From: Podarcis melisellensis
Lineage: Eukaryota
Assembly: GCA_964234715.1 (NCBI GenBank)
Contig: OZ174283.1
Direction: 5' to 3' (one strand)
DNA: 64,000 nt
Below, in pieces: positions 1-13,194 of the stretch. The position numbers were made by a program, and so were the translations under genes. Within the stretch, counting starts at the first letter, position 1. Every line of letters begins with the position of its first letter. The notes beneath the pieces are model-generated. The model ran no database searches, was not told the DNA's origin, and saw only the letters and a list, made by a program, of their open reading frames with translations.

Positions 1-831
1 TTTTGTTGGATGGGTTTGCTGTCTGACGTTTCTCTATTAGAAACCAGGGCATATACACCCATAGCTCTATGGCTCCCAGTTCTTCTAGTACACCCTGATT
101 TATTTTATTATTATTGTTGTTGTTGCTGTTGTTGTTATTAGAAATGTCACTATTAGTTTTTTGGAGTAAGATGATGTGTGATCGTAAACTTTAATAATCA
201 CATGTCAGCTAAATGTGAAAAAGTGTTTCCTGAAATGGTCAAGAATGATGCATTTTGAAGTTACTATTACAAAAATCTGCTTGACTAGGCGTTCCCCCAC
301 TGGCTTGTTTGTGATATCATAAGCCCTGTTACAGAGCAGGAGAAAATCCAGTGACCTGCCTTTTCAGGAGACTCAGCCAAGGCCTGTTTCTATCTCAAGG
401 GCTGGTCTGTTTTCAGATTGTTCCTTCCCTCATACCAGTGTAAGATGGCAGGGAGGTGGATTTTGCAAAAGTTTTCCAAAGACTTCAAGTGTTCTGTGGT
501 TAATTTATTTCCTGGTTTCATCGTATGTTAGGGCAGCGCCATATGGCCCCATTTCTGAATGTATTTTCATTCAGCCCAGATAGGACATGCACAAGGGAAA
601 GTGGTCATTTGAATACCATATGCTCTGATCCTCGCTTGCACTGTCTGTGGACTGGAAACAGAACCTAAAACTAGTAATGACATGAATCCAGAAATTGTAA
701 AACACAGCTCTGAAGTTCCCCTTGAATCTGCAAACTGAAGGCAGATCGACACATACTTCATAGAGACTCCCATTGCATAATTTTTCTCCCTCATACTAGG
801 GCTGCCACCATTTAACCTGGCATCCTATGGA

Positions 832-921
832 CATAGCTGTCAACTTTTCCCTTTTCTTGTGAGGAATCCTATTCGGAATAAGGGAATTTCCCTTAAAAAG
901 GGGGGAAAGTTGACAGCTATG
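832..921. mobile_element. 90-bp hAT-type MITE
   Basis: 16-bp perfect TIRs CATAGCTGTCAACTTT / AAAGTTGACAGCTATG; perfect 8-bp TSD CCTATGGA (824-831 and 922-929). Confidence 0.9.
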
Positions 922-1337
922 CCTATGGACAGTCGGCCATTTCATGCATCCATGGATCAAAACAATTAGGCCATCAAGAGGTTTGCTGTGACCACAGCAA
1001 AAGCATGTGCAGCTAGTTACACGGTGTTAATTATTTTAATTATTAAATACTAAACTTGAAAAGGGATCATAGTGCCTAAGAGTTATTACAGCCCCTTATT
1101 AGCTCACATAGGAATTTTATTTTCAGAAAGGGTATGACCACACATGGGGTGGGGAAGTATCCTTATTCATTCTCTCGCTTTTAAAGTGTTGTTGCTCTCT
1201 GGTGCTGCAAAACACATAGGTCCAAATTCAAAAGCTTCCCTTTCTCTAGTGGAAGGAGTCATCAGTGAAAGGAAGCGATCCAAGCCATAATTTAGTAATG
1301 AAAGGCAGAACACATTGAAGTTTCTCCAGATCACATA

Positions 1338-1478
1338 ATCATAGAATTGTAGGGCTGGGAGGGAATATGAGAGTCATCTAGTCCAAACCTCTGCAATGTA
1401 GGAACTTTTTTGCCCAACGTGGGGGCCCAAACCCACAACTTTGAGATTCAGAGCCTCATGCTCTACTGACTGAGCTAT
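1338..1478 (-). mobile_element. tRNA-Lys-derived SINE with CR1-type 3' tail
   Basis: Minus strand reads TAGCTCAGTCAGTAGAGCATGAG...CCCCACGTTGGGC (tRNA-Lys-CTT-like, degenerate anticodon arm and B box), then GGACTAGATGA...ATTCTATGAT (CR1 tail). Partial + strand copy at about 37026-37106. Confidence 0.8.
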
Positions 1479-2107
1479 AATTCAACCATAAATACCCTAG
1501 TTCTGTCCCTTTAATCTGATGAGCAGATATAATAATAATAATGGTGGAAATTTGGTTTTATTATTTAATAATGGAGAAAACATTATTTTTTAAAAAATAA
1601 TAGGGAAAGGGACATCTAAAACACTTTTAATTTGAAACTTTCTTTTTTTAATTAAGTAATTTCACCAATCAAATCACCCTGTCCAATGTGTTTCAGTAAG
1701 TCCATGTGTTGTGTTTAGGAGCCAGATGTAAAATATTATAATAAGCCCAGAAAGCCACATTTTCTGGTATCTGTTGACTGGCTTTTTCCTTTATATTATA
1801 TTATTTCCTTTTTATTGTATTATTTCCTTTATATCCACTAAATCATTTTGTTTCACATAGGAAGTGCTGTAATCTCTCCAGAGAAAGATAAATTCATCCC
1901 CTCTCTGGAAGAATCTGCATTTCCCACCATAAACTTCATCTTTCCCCCATCATACAAATTTGTGTTCATAAACAACATCAACATAGTGTGACGTTTATGG
2001 CAGTGTAAACTGCATTAGACCTGAAGAATTGCTTAATTAACTGTACAATTCTGTATAAGTCTACTCAGAAATGAGCCTGTTTGAGTTCAAAAGGACTTTC
2101 CTGGGAG

Positions 2108-2569
2108 TAGGGATGGGGAAGAAATTTGATGCAGTTTGCTTTTAAAGATGAACTTCCTTAATTTACACCTTCCAGAACAATATGGGAACCGGAACACAAC
2201 TAACCTTCAAAATCTTCACTTCTCTGAATTTTGTAATGTAATTCCCCAGCCAAGTAATGTGTAAAATAAAAATAAAAATGCATATACTAGGGTAAAGTGT
2301 GCATAAAAATGTGTACAATAGTAAAAAGAAAAATCACACAAAATGCATTACTGTATATAAATGCAAAAATTAAAACACTAAGGAAAATTGCATGCAAAAA
2401 TGTGTATTTTAGAATAAATTCAAAATAAAATGCTGATAAATTTCCATGGCGACATAACATCCCTGCCCCCCACCACCCACAAAATGTTGTGGAAATGTAG
2501 AGGGCTGAAGTTTCTATTGGAAAAATTAGAAATGTAGAGAAACGAAAATGGACAAATCCACCCATTCTA
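2108..2569. mobile_element. Old non-autonomous DNA transposon-like element with TAGGGATG-type ends
   Basis: Starts TAGGGATGGG and ends CCCATTCTA; AT-rich interior with repeated AAAATG(C/T) units; no clear TSD. Confidence 0.55.
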
Positions 2570-3166
2570 TGTGTGCCTAGAACTGCCAATTAAATTGAAC
2601 AAGTCCATTGATTTGACTGGGTCTACTGCTCCATGGCTGACAGAAGTCGGTAGGAATCCTTGTATTTTGGGTTTTCATGTGAATTTCCTATATGAGATTG
2701 GCTTCCTCTTGTCTCCACCTTTTCTTCTCCTCATCCTCTTTGCACTTAGCTAGCATCAGACAAGATCTATGCACAGCTTAATTGAAACAGACTGCAGAAT
2801 TATGTTTTAATTGACAGAAGGCTCAAATTAATCTTACACTTAACATTTCTGGGAAGCTGCCTAGACACACAAAGTGGTTTAAATCCTCACTTGAAACATG
2901 AGATGACTAATGAAAGTTCTGGAGCAGAAAGGCGGAGAGAAGCATGTGTTTGAGGGATTAATCAAGTTCAAATATATAACATTCACTAGCAAGCGATGTA
3001 CAAGAGGTCAGTCTGCAAAAGCCAGCAAACCCTGTTTTATTAAGACAAGAGAAGTTGTGCGGTGCAATCTCAAGCATGTTTATACCAGGGTACACCCCTC
3101 AAAGTTCAGTAGGCACTTTAATCCCTAGTAAATGTGTTTAGGATTAAAGCAGTGAGGCCAGACCTA

Positions 3167-3335
3167 CCGTATTTTTTGCACCATAACACTCACTTTTTTC
3201 CTCCTAGAAAGTAAGGGGAAATGTCTGTGCGTGTTGTGGAGGGAATGCCTACAGGTGGCATGCCTACGGATTTTCCTCCTCTAAAAACTATGTGTGTGTT
3301 ATGGTCGGGTGCGTGTTATAGAGCGAAAAATACGG
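3167..3335. mobile_element. Tc1/mariner-type MITE (CCGTATTTTT TIR family)
   Basis: TA|CCGTATTTTT ... AAAAATACGG|TA. Confidence 0.85.
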
Positions 3336-4259
3336 TAAATCAAAATGCCATTTTGAAATCTGAAAGTATTTTTGATTTTCAGTTGGAATAAGTTGATTAT
3401 GGTACAGAAAGAGAATATTATCCAGAAGTATACATATCTCTCATGCATGTATCTCTCATGGTTTAGCAGATGAATTCTAATGTGCCAATGCTTTATTTGC
3501 TGTAATCTTATGCTATGATGTTACAAATAACCTTGGGGAATTTTGCTGTAGGATTTTATTCGTTAGTTATTTTGATGGTGTAAATGTAAATTCTTATGCT
3601 TAAGGCTAGCATAAGCACAGATTCTTAAAAAAAAAAAAATGCAACTGACTGCTACCAGTTCTTTTGAAATCTCCTGTCCTCAACCCTGTGCACATCTACA
3701 CGGAAGTAAATCTTACTGAGTTCAGTGGAATATACTGACAAATAAACACACATAGGACTGCAGCATTTTTTAACAAATAAGATGGTTCAATTTAGTTTTC
3801 CAACTATAGTCAAGCTGTTTGAATGAATGCTTGATTCTTATTCATAGTGGCTTCAATCACCAACTCCAACCCAGAAAGTCAGGGATTGCTGTTGATGTAA
3901 CAACACTTGCACATGCATTTTCCCAGTTCCATATGCCAGCTTATCACCCAGCTCTTTGTCAGTGGCAAGTAAGAATTTTCTCCAGGTGGCCAGGCAGGGA
4001 AATTTCTTTCTATGAGAAATCAGTCATTTGAGGAATGAGGGAGGACTGTGGATATGCCACAAATGACTTGTGTTGGTATGTATAGGCAGACAAGCTAGTA
4101 AAATGTTTTGTGAGCTACTGACTTCTCTGAATTTATTTCTAAATCTGTGATCAGCATTCTTAGCTCTTACAATACTGGTCAACTGTTAGGCAGTCAGGAT
4201 GGGTAAGGAGATTGGCTCTGGTTCTGGTTTCACTTGCCTGAAAGCTGATCTGGGGATTA

Positions 4260-4427
4260 CTGTATTTTTCCGTCTATAAGACGCTCCCATGTATAAGATT
4301 CCCCCTATTTTGGGGGACTCAGATTTAAGAAAATGGGGGGAAGATGTATCCGTGTATGACACCCCCTAATTTTTGACATTATTTTTTTTAGGGGGGGGGA
4401 CCTAGTCTTATACACGGAAAAATACGG
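4260..4427. mobile_element. Tc1/mariner-type MITE (CCGTATTTTT TIR family)
   Basis: 23-bp TIRs with 2 mismatches (CTGTATTTTTCCGTCTATAAGAC / GTCTTATACACGGAAAAATACGG), TA on both sides. Confidence 0.88.
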
Positions 4428-5491
4428 TAAATGAGGGGATCCTTGGAGAAAAAGGTGGGATATAAAGGCTATAAATAAATAAATCAGTCCATCTAGAGAG
4501 CAACATGTGCTGTATGGTCTGCAAGGGAAGCAAAAGTCACTCACTTGCACCCTGCATACAAAATGTAGTTAAATGTTGACCTTTTGCACTGTTAGGCAGC
4601 AGAGACAATACATTACCCTTCATTGTTGTTTCAGCACTCTGAGAATTGCTCCCTGCAAGTTTCATAACACCACATTAATTAACACAGCTTATTAACCTTC
4701 TTCATGCTACACAGGATGTCCTGCTGTTGTTTTTGAGGTCTGAACTTACCCAACTCAAAACACATTTTCTGAGTTTTTGTTCATCGCTATTTACATTTGA
4801 AAGAGGACTGCCAGGCTAAAACCACACTTACTTTCTGGAAGATTCATTTTGAATTTCTCCCACTTTCCTGTGGAAAATACCAACTGGCTGGCCGGCCAGG
4901 GAAAAACATTTGGGAATAATTCAAGATTCATGAGACAGAAATTTAAAAATAAAGAGGATTTGTCTGTGGAAAAATAGTATTTCCTCCTATAAAATAAAAT
5001 GGCAGAGTCCCTGGTCCCATAGTTTTATGTAGCTGAGAGGTGGTACATAAAAGAGCTTTTCTCCAATAGAGCTCTGATTGTATTCTTTGACTGTGAGGTG
5101 GGAAAACTCAGTCCATATTTTCTAGATCTGGGGTCCCCAATATGGCACCAGTGGGTACCCTCAGAGACAGCCTTGCAACCTGCCAAGGCCTCCTGGGCCT
5201 CCCATAACAGTGTAGAAACTGGATATCCCAGTTCAAGTATCATCCAGTCAAAGTTAAGTGTTTTGAGGAATCATACATATCAGTGGACACAATTAATGTC
5301 AGCAGTGGACATAGATAGTCAGATAAACAAAAAATCCATTGAGTGCTCCTCATTGGCCACCCAAATGACTCCAGAAAACCCACAAATCAATCCAATCTAA
5401 ATCTTCATTATGGTCATAGCATGAAGGCAATAGCTCCCCACCCTAACTGTTGCTTTCTAGCAACTGGAACTCAGTGGAATCTATATTATTC

Positions 5492-5668
5492 TATAATAAG
5501 AGCTGTTGGACAGTGTAACAGACTTCCACGAGAGGTAGTGGACTCTTTCCTTGGTGGTTTTTAAGCAGAGGTTGGATGGCCACCTGTCATGTATTATTTA
5601 GTTGAAATACCTGCATTGGTTGGACTAGATGACCCTCAGGGTCCCTTCCCACACTACAATTCTATTAT
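5492..5668 (+). mobile_element. CR1 LINE 3' end fragment
   Basis: Degenerate ORF2 C-terminus (IRAVGQCNRLPREVVDS) followed by GGACTAGATGACC...CCCTTCC...ATTCTAT tail. Confidence 0.8.
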
Positions 5669-6183
5669 CTTGCCTCTGAACATGGAGATTCTATTGACCA
5701 ATGCCCCACGAAGGTGTCCAGTTGCTATCAATGCACCACTGATAATACTTTTCTGGAGCCCAGAGACCACTGCGTGACTCAGTCCCTGCCATTTTCCCCT
5801 GATGGTTTGCATGTGTGGGACTGTGCATCCTAGCATCCCATGCATCCTAGTAACATGAATCTTTGGTTTAATCCAGACTATGTATGTTGGTTTCATAAAT
5901 TTATGAAGTGAGAGTTGCTGTATGGGAGTAACAGCCTTTCCCCTCCCAAATCCCCAGTGGGTTTCTGTGGCAAGTGAAAACCCTTTGCATGTTCTCATGA
6001 TGTCTACGGGTGGAAAAGCCCGCTGATGGTCTCTTGCTTAAGAGATCACACTCAGCTTTGCTTTGCCTCTGTTGAACCCTCCCACTGAAATCAACAGAAT
6101 TTACTAGAGCTTCACTTTAGCTGAATCATACCAATTACCTGGAAGAATTTTTCTAAGAAATGTGTACTTATATTATTTTGCAG

Positions 6184-6353
6184 AATCACCTGGAATAGAC
6201 CTTGGAAAAAAGGTCAGTATCCCCAGGGACATCATGTTAGAAGAGTTGTCATTGTTAAGTAACAGAGGAGCGCGGCTATTCAAGATGCGCCAACGAAGAT
6301 CTGACAAATACACATATGAAAATCTTCACTTTTTATCCAGCAAGCCAAGAAAT
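6184..6353 (+). CDS. MYOZ2: Myozenin-2 (calsarcin-1) internal coding exon, 170 nt
   Basis: Encodes (E)[47 protein letters not shown], the conserved myozenin N-terminal block. Acceptor ttttgcag| and donor |gtgagt. Confidence 0.97.
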
Positions 6354-8054
6354 GTGAGTATTTTACACTTTATCACCTTTTTGTGCATGTCTGGACTGCA
6401 CAATTAGTGACTCATCAAAGTGAATAAATCAGCAGCAAGAATAAGAATCTCAAGGGGGCTTAAAAAGGTCTGTCTGCCGTTCATTCTGTTTAATAGCCAG
6501 AAGTACTACAGTCCTGAATATTAGATGTAAAACAAGATACTACTTATCATATGCCACTGCAGACAAGGGATAAAGCAATCTGATTTCAGCCTGGAAGGAC
6601 AGGATATGAGGTAGCAGAACAGTTAAGAGCCCAGAAACTGATAGCAAAGGGCAGAAGGAAGTAGACTAGAATAAAAGGTGAGAACACTAAATCATAAAAA
6701 AAATTAGCAAGCATATGCTGCCCTTGGTCCTTTGGGAAGAAGGCAGGGTATAAATTAAAATAATAAGAATAAGAATATAGAAGCAAGGGCAAGAGATAGG
6801 AACCATACAGATAGGAAGAAATAGCAATGGATATGTAAAAAATATGACAAATTTTTATTATTGTTGAAAGGCTACCAAGCAAAGCCTCATACAAAAAAAT
6901 TAGACTGCAGACAGGTCCTGCACCCAGTTTGCAGTCCAAAAGGCAAAGTAAGATTGTGAAAGGTAGGAATATGATAGGAAAGGAAATGGAACTGAAATGA
7001 GATAATAAGCAAAAACCAGAGAAAACAACAAATATTCAGGTGTAGTTTAAAATGGAAAAAAATGATGGAGGTGTTCTGACATTCAGAGGCAGGGCATTCC
7101 AGAGATAAGGAACAAAAAGAGGGAAAGGGTACAAATAAGAGATAAGATTTTGCGGTTGACAAGAAGCAAAGTAATACTAGGACTTAAAGAATGAGGACTA
7201 GAGTTATACAATCAGAAAGATAAGAAGCCAGAGTGTTGAGATATTTATAAGCTACTAAAGGAAGATTAGATTGGGTCTTATAAGAAAATGGAAGAGCAGA
7301 AAGAAGAAGAGAAGAATGGGTAAACTTAGGTTACAAGACAAACTAAATGTGTTGTGGAACCTAAAATAGGAGGAAAGGAAAGTGACTGAAGATTATTATC
7401 TTATGCCAGAGAGCATTATAATGATCAAATCTAGACAGTATAAGGGTATTAAACAGGGTCTGTACAGTATCAATTGAAACAAAAAGTGAAACCGACACGC
7501 CGGTTTATCTGTCCAAAAGCCACAATTCCACAACACAATGGGTATTGCATTGTGAAAAGAACCTTAGAAAATGGGACAAAAGTGCTAATATCATAATGAG
7601 GGAAACAAGCACAATGTTTCCCCATGTCTGAATGCACCCTTAGACTTAGGGGGCTACAGAGGCAATCTAAGAACTGGAAAGGACACCATACCAGGACTCG
7701 AGAAGATGGGCTCAATCTTTTGCTGTCAGTTGAAATGCATTGATGTGGTGTAGCTTACAGTTCTCGTTGCCAGATATATGGGAAACGATCATCACTCACA
7801 AGTGGCAAAGCACCAAGTTATTCAGGTCAGTTCAAACAAATGCCAGTAAAAACATCTCTGCATTCCAGAGAGACAAAGGGGTTGCTTTGCTGCCTTTTTT
7901 AGGTGGAAGCTATTTTAGAAAACTAGCTTAACACTCTGTGCATAAACTGCTATATTTCCCCCCCTCAGTCCTTATTGTTTTACCTCCAAAACCCATATCA
8001 TAACTACATGCACTAGCCTAGGGATTCTAAAGCTGGAATCCACAGTATACTTAA

Positions 8055-8447
8055 GCCACATCCATACCATACATTTAAAGCAGTACAAGTATTATGCCAC
8101 TTTCAGTCACCATGGCTTCCCCACAAAGAAATGGGAACTGTAGTTTGCTATGGGTGCTGAGAGTTGTTATGATTTTTTTAATGGTTTCCTTTGCAGTAGA
8201 TGCATTGAAAGGGGCTGCACTAGATGACCCTCTAGGGCTATTCAGACCACATTTCTATGATGCTATGGTATATAAATATTTTTTAAAAAAATAAAAATAG
8301 GACACTCCTGTTTCCCTCACAGAGCTACAGTTCCCATTGTGGTTTAACAATCAACTCTTCACAAACTACAGTTCCCAGATCCCTTTGAAGAAGCCATGAC
8401 TGTTAAAGTCAAAGACAAAGGCTTTAAATGTATGGTGCAGATGTTGC
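8055..8447. mobile_element. Palindromic non-autonomous DNA element (related copy at about 23620-23795)
   Basis: Inverted termini ...ACCATACATTTAAAGC / GCTTTAAATGTATGGT and internal inverted GGGAACTGTAG / CTACAGTTCCC; a small CR1-tail fragment lies inside (about 8205-8270). Confidence 0.6.
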
Positions 8448-9393
8448 CCTGCTGGGTAACTAGGGGGTAAATTACATTAAAACACACTATTTTGAGTAAA
8501 CATGGAAACAACTGCATTGTAAATCTTGTGCTATGTCAAGGCTCCTATGGGTGGACAAAATCTGTTTGAATTTCTCAGTCGAGGACTCTTGTTTTAAAGC
8601 ATTGTTTGTATTTCTCTCCCCCACCCATACCTACAGAAAATTGTCCTCAAAGGCAGTCTATACTTACAAACCTTTTCATTTCAATGTCATGGCTAAAATA
8701 GGGTTCTGACTTTTTAGAGCGCTCTAATTCTATGTTAAAGAAACAATGATTAAGGCTTCGGATGCAGCCATGGAACTAATGACCCAGCAGAAAGAATAGC
8801 TCACTCCAGCCTGTCATTAATCTTTGTGAAGTGGCCTGCGCTAAGGTTATTATTATGATTACAAATTGAGGTGTCATTGCGGGAATTCTTTATGGAAACT
8901 GCTTAGGGATAAAGCCAATATTTAGGTGTCCAAGTGAGGTAAGCATGACCAAACACAAAGGAAAATAGAGCTCCTTAACAGATGGGGAATTTCAGCTGCG
9001 TGGGTAGAGAGGGGAAACTGCCAATCAAGCCAACAGGCAAATTCCATCTTGGAGGGATATTTCCATCCTAAATATTACAGCAGTTACTTATCCCCAATTT
9101 TCTTTCATCACTCAGAAACGTCATTTGTTCTATGTGTGAGTCCTACTTGGCGGAAACCATCAGAGCCCTCTCAACTGCTGGACAGCTTTGTGTTGAGATG
9201 TTTTATTAAATTCAAGGCCTTCTTAGAGTACTCTCTGACATCACAAAGGTGTTGCAAGAAATGTGCTCATGCATCTCCCAACATATTTTTTTCTTTTGCT
9301 AAGACAAACAAGGAAGGGCAATTTGGGTCAGGACTGCTGCACTTGGGGAGGAGGGGGCCATTCTAGAATGCTTCCCCCTCCAAAGTTAATAGC

Positions 9394-9523
9394 CAGTGGC
9401 GTAGCGTGGGTTGTCAGCACCCGGGGCAAGGCAAGTACCGGTAATTTGCGCCCCCTAACCCTACCCCCCAGATGTTGCGCCCGGTGCAGCCGGCCCCCCC
9501 TGCACCCCCACGCTACGCCACTG
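9394..9523. mobile_element. GC-rich hAT MITE
   Basis: 17-bp perfect TIRs CAGTGGCGTAGCGTGGG / CCCACGCTACGCCACTG; perfect 8-bp TSD TTAATAGC. Confidence 0.92.
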
Positions 9524-10129
9524 TTAATAGCAACTTTGTGGGGTGTGTGTGTTTATGAATCGGGGTCATGGTGTCAAGGGAGGAAGGTTATAACCTCTTG
9601 GCCCCCCGCCCCCCATTATGTACCTGGATCCAAACTGAATCAGGGCACTTGAAGTAGAGAGGTTTCTGGAATAAGGTTTGTTTGTTTTGTTGGGGACAGT
9701 GAGTACATCATTTTAAAATTAGGGCACCATTTGACAGCCTTTGCTTCAGGAAAAAGGATATTTTAAGAGATAACTTGTTTCCCTAGAGCACAGGAGGCCT
9801 ATCATTCCCAACTTGCCAGATACTTTCTATTCTAGCTTTAGAAAGCCAATTAATCTCTGTGGCATCTTCATCCCACAAGTCTAAAGCAAGAATAACACTT
9901 CGGCAGTTCAGCGGGGTGCTTGTGAGTATGTGGTGCTCAGACAGCAGGATAGGAAGGCCGGAAAATAAAAAAAAGTGGTCAGGAAAAAAGAAGATGCTTG
10001 AACAAAGCATTTAGTGTATCAGTTTGCCATTTAAGAAACGCCAAGGAACCAGGACACTGTTTTCAGCAGTCCTTTGGCGTCTCTGTTATGAACCTGATAG
10101 CTGTGCTATTTCTTATCATTCAAATGCAG

Positions 10130-10259
10130 CGCAGCGAGGTCATACAGTGCATTCAGTTGGATGCTAACAGCATGGAGACAGCTCAAGAGCATGCGCCAAC
10201 AACACCGCCTAATACCCCTGATCCACGGAGTCCACCGAACCCCGAAACCCTTGCCCCAG
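10130..10259 (+). CDS. MYOZ2: Myozenin-2 coding exon, 130 nt
   Basis: RSEVIQ...HAPTTPPNTPDPRSPPNPETLAP(G); TPPNTPDPRSPPNP is diagnostic. Acceptor tgcag|, donor |gtaagc; phase 0 to 1 fits the neighbours. Confidence 0.95.
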
Positions 10260-13010
10260 GTAAGCCACCGTGGAATATCCCAGCCAGACAAACCTCTTAT
10301 TTTCCGGGCAAAGTAAAAACAATAAAAATTCTTCCATAGAGGAGACCTACTGTGTGGTATCTTTAGTGGAAGCATAGATCAGTCACCTACAACCTCTGTG
10401 AAGTGGCCAAGGCAAAAGGGAGAAAAGTTACCACATGATAACTCTACCTTCACTGTTTTCCAACACATAAATCTGCCATTAAACTTGATGGCATATCAGC
10501 AGCACAATATAAAGTAGTCCCATGTGAATCAAGGTTGATTTTTGCATGAGGGTCATTCTCCCCAACCCTTTCACTCATAGTCCAGAGTGCAAAATAAGTC
10601 ATTTGTACTTGCAATTCTTTTCAGCCCTTTTTATTGTACAATTTTAAATCACCTTGAAATTTACATGAAAAGCAATTCATAAAATGGCATTAAAATAAAT
10701 CATGTCCCATGTTGCCATCATAATAGCAGCAGTTACTGGTTTAGGTCACACTAGGATTTACCTCTATACAATCTACAGCACTTGTTATGGAAATATAAAT
10801 GCTCTGGTACAAAAGTTCAAGCTTGATGCAGGAGGTTTGGTTTATTCTTCTGCATTTATTGTGCTAAAACCTGTGAAGGCCCCAATTCAGTGAGATTATA
10901 TCTTTGAGTTACTATCTGTAGAATGTGGGCACAAAGTTCTTTGGCCTGGATCTACTAAATGTGTAGCTTCTTTATTTGAAACCAATCATAAATGAATAGA
11001 TCTTATTAAAAAGGTCAGGGGAGGTCACACAAACAGAGTTATCTTATGCACAACAAAGTTCTGCAAATCTATCTGTCTGTTTTGGTTGTTAGGGAAAATC
11101 TTTCAGCGGATGCAGACTTGACCAATTATACAATATTTAGCGTGAAAGAATGTTTGAAAGAAAACCCTTATACAAGAGTAAATAGGAGGACAATTTGGCT
11201 CTCTTGTAGCAAGAACATTTTATACAGTAGCAAGGACACGTGTTTCCTTTATCTAGAGGCACTGAGCGACAAAGAAGTCTTTTCTTTGTCTGCCCTTTTC
11301 AAAACAAGAACAGAGAGATTTATTGGGGCATAATTTGTAAACTGATCACAGCCTTTTCGCCACTTGTGCGACTGCCGCATAATGGATTTAGCACCATATT
11401 TATGTATAGATTTATTTAATTAAGGCTGGAATCCTACACAAACTTCCCTGAAAGTAAACTGTGCACAGTGAAACTTACACACAAGAAAGCACACATAAGA
11501 ATCTGCTGTTATGATGTGTATATTGTACCAATTACATGCCCTCTTGGAAGCTTAATGTTAACTGGCCAAACACATGCTTAAATAGCTGGAGGCTACATGT
11601 CATCATAAACGTTTTGAAAATTTGATCGGCTCGTGTTGAAATGGGCTTTCCCCTCTCTTATAGATGCGTGCATACCTTGCAAGGATGTGTAGATAAAAAG
11701 GAGTCAGTGCATTTTTTTTTAAAAAAAAATGTTGTCTTGGCTTCCCTCCCTAGTTGTCTTTACTTATAGAATCTTAGAGCTGGAAGGGACCCAAGGGACA
11801 TCTAGTCCAACCCCCCACCACTATGCAGGAATATCGGCTACTCATCACATACTGCACACTTATTTTCTTCTGAATCCCACAATGATTTACTCTCTCTCTC
11901 CATTTCTTTCCCTGTGCTTCAGGCAGGCTGCCTGTCTTTTAAATTTTATTTTTCAAATATCTTCCAAGTTGATATGATTAGACATTTGTTTCGCACCTTA
12001 TTATTATTTTAAAACCCTCAATAAGTTGTTTTTTAAAAAAAACTTTAAAAACTGCTCTGGGACGTGAAGAGCCAGTAGCTTCATGACATCACAGGAGCCA
12101 GCCAATCAGCTTTGTGCATACTGTAGTTGGTTTCTGCTGGAAACTAGCCAAACCTGCTTCTCCTAGTCTGGATCTTACAGGGCAGATTTTACATCTGAGC
12201 AATGTGATTTGAATGCGGTTCCACAACAGCTTGGCCACACTAGTTACATGTGTCTGTACATGCACTTATTTATTTCCTTATGTAAATATCTGTAAGCCAC
12301 ATGTCCCTAACAAGTCCACCCAAAGTGGAGAACAAAATACAACCATAAAAATACAAACATATTATAATAAAAACTTTTTAAATTCCAGAAGCTACACCAA
12401 CCAACAGTACAATAAAATATAATCAAGTCTTTTCCAGAGCCGCAGCAATAAAACAACAACATGGCCCATAAAAGACATCAATTAAAAGCCATTTGAAACA
12501 GGTGGGCTTTTTAAAGCCTTTAAAAAAAACTTAAACTGATTACTTGATGTGTTTTGTAGTTTGCTTTGCCCCTTGTGTTACAAAGTGAGATCACTGCAGG
12601 TAAATCTCCAGGTTTTACCGTGTATTTTGAATATATGTTAAATATGACAGTGTTATTAAAAAAAAAATGTTTGAGCACATGAGACAAGAGTTTTCTACTC
12701 ACAGCCTTCTACCTTTCTATCCATCACCCAAGATATATTTGTCTAATACTGCCACAGCTGAAATTCTATTAAATCCTTAGACTTTTCTTGCCAGAGTTAA
12801 TCCATTGTTTACAACAGAATTTAGAAGAGCAGCATTGAGGATTGTGGCTGAAACCACAATCTTAAGCAAATGATCTTTAAGTGACAATTAATGTAGAACC
12901 TCTTATGCGGTGCCTAGGGGGACCATGGTGAGAATGAGTTGGAATTTGTGAGACAGTTAGGAGGTTGCTACTGCAAAATCCAAACACTGTGTATAATTTT
13001 CCTCTCGAAG

Positions 13011-13194
13011 GATATTCTGGACCACTGAAGACAATTCCTCCTGAGAGGTTCAACACTACATCTGTGCCAAAGTACTATCAATCACCTTGGATTGAAGCCA
13101 TCAGCAACGACCCAGAGCTATTGGAGGCCTTATACCCCAAACTGTTTAAGCCTGAAGCAAAGCCCGAGCTGCCTGACTTTAAGAGCTTTAACAG
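13011..13194 (+). CDS. MYOZ2: Myozenin-2 coding exon, 184 nt
   Basis: [27 protein letters not shown]...ELPDFKSFN(R). Acceptor cctctcgaag|, donor |gtaatt. Confidence 0.97.

Noticed and set aside
1410-1478. tRNA-Lys gene on the minus strand
   Set aside because: Anticodon arm, T loop and acceptor stem are degenerate and the sequence runs into a CR1 tail, so it is a SINE head. The tRNA-Ala-like heads at 17861, 56250 and 63500 are likewise degenerate SINE heads.
1-6183. First coding exon of MYOZ2
   Set aside because: I saw no MLSH...K.RKQQA-like exon ending in a phase-1 donor; it is presumed upstream of the window.
6580-7460. Strongly purine-skewed 0.9-kb block with hydrophobic minus-strand ORFs
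   Set aside because: Best explained as a decayed antisense L2-like LINE remnant or low-complexity DNA; no splice or homology support.
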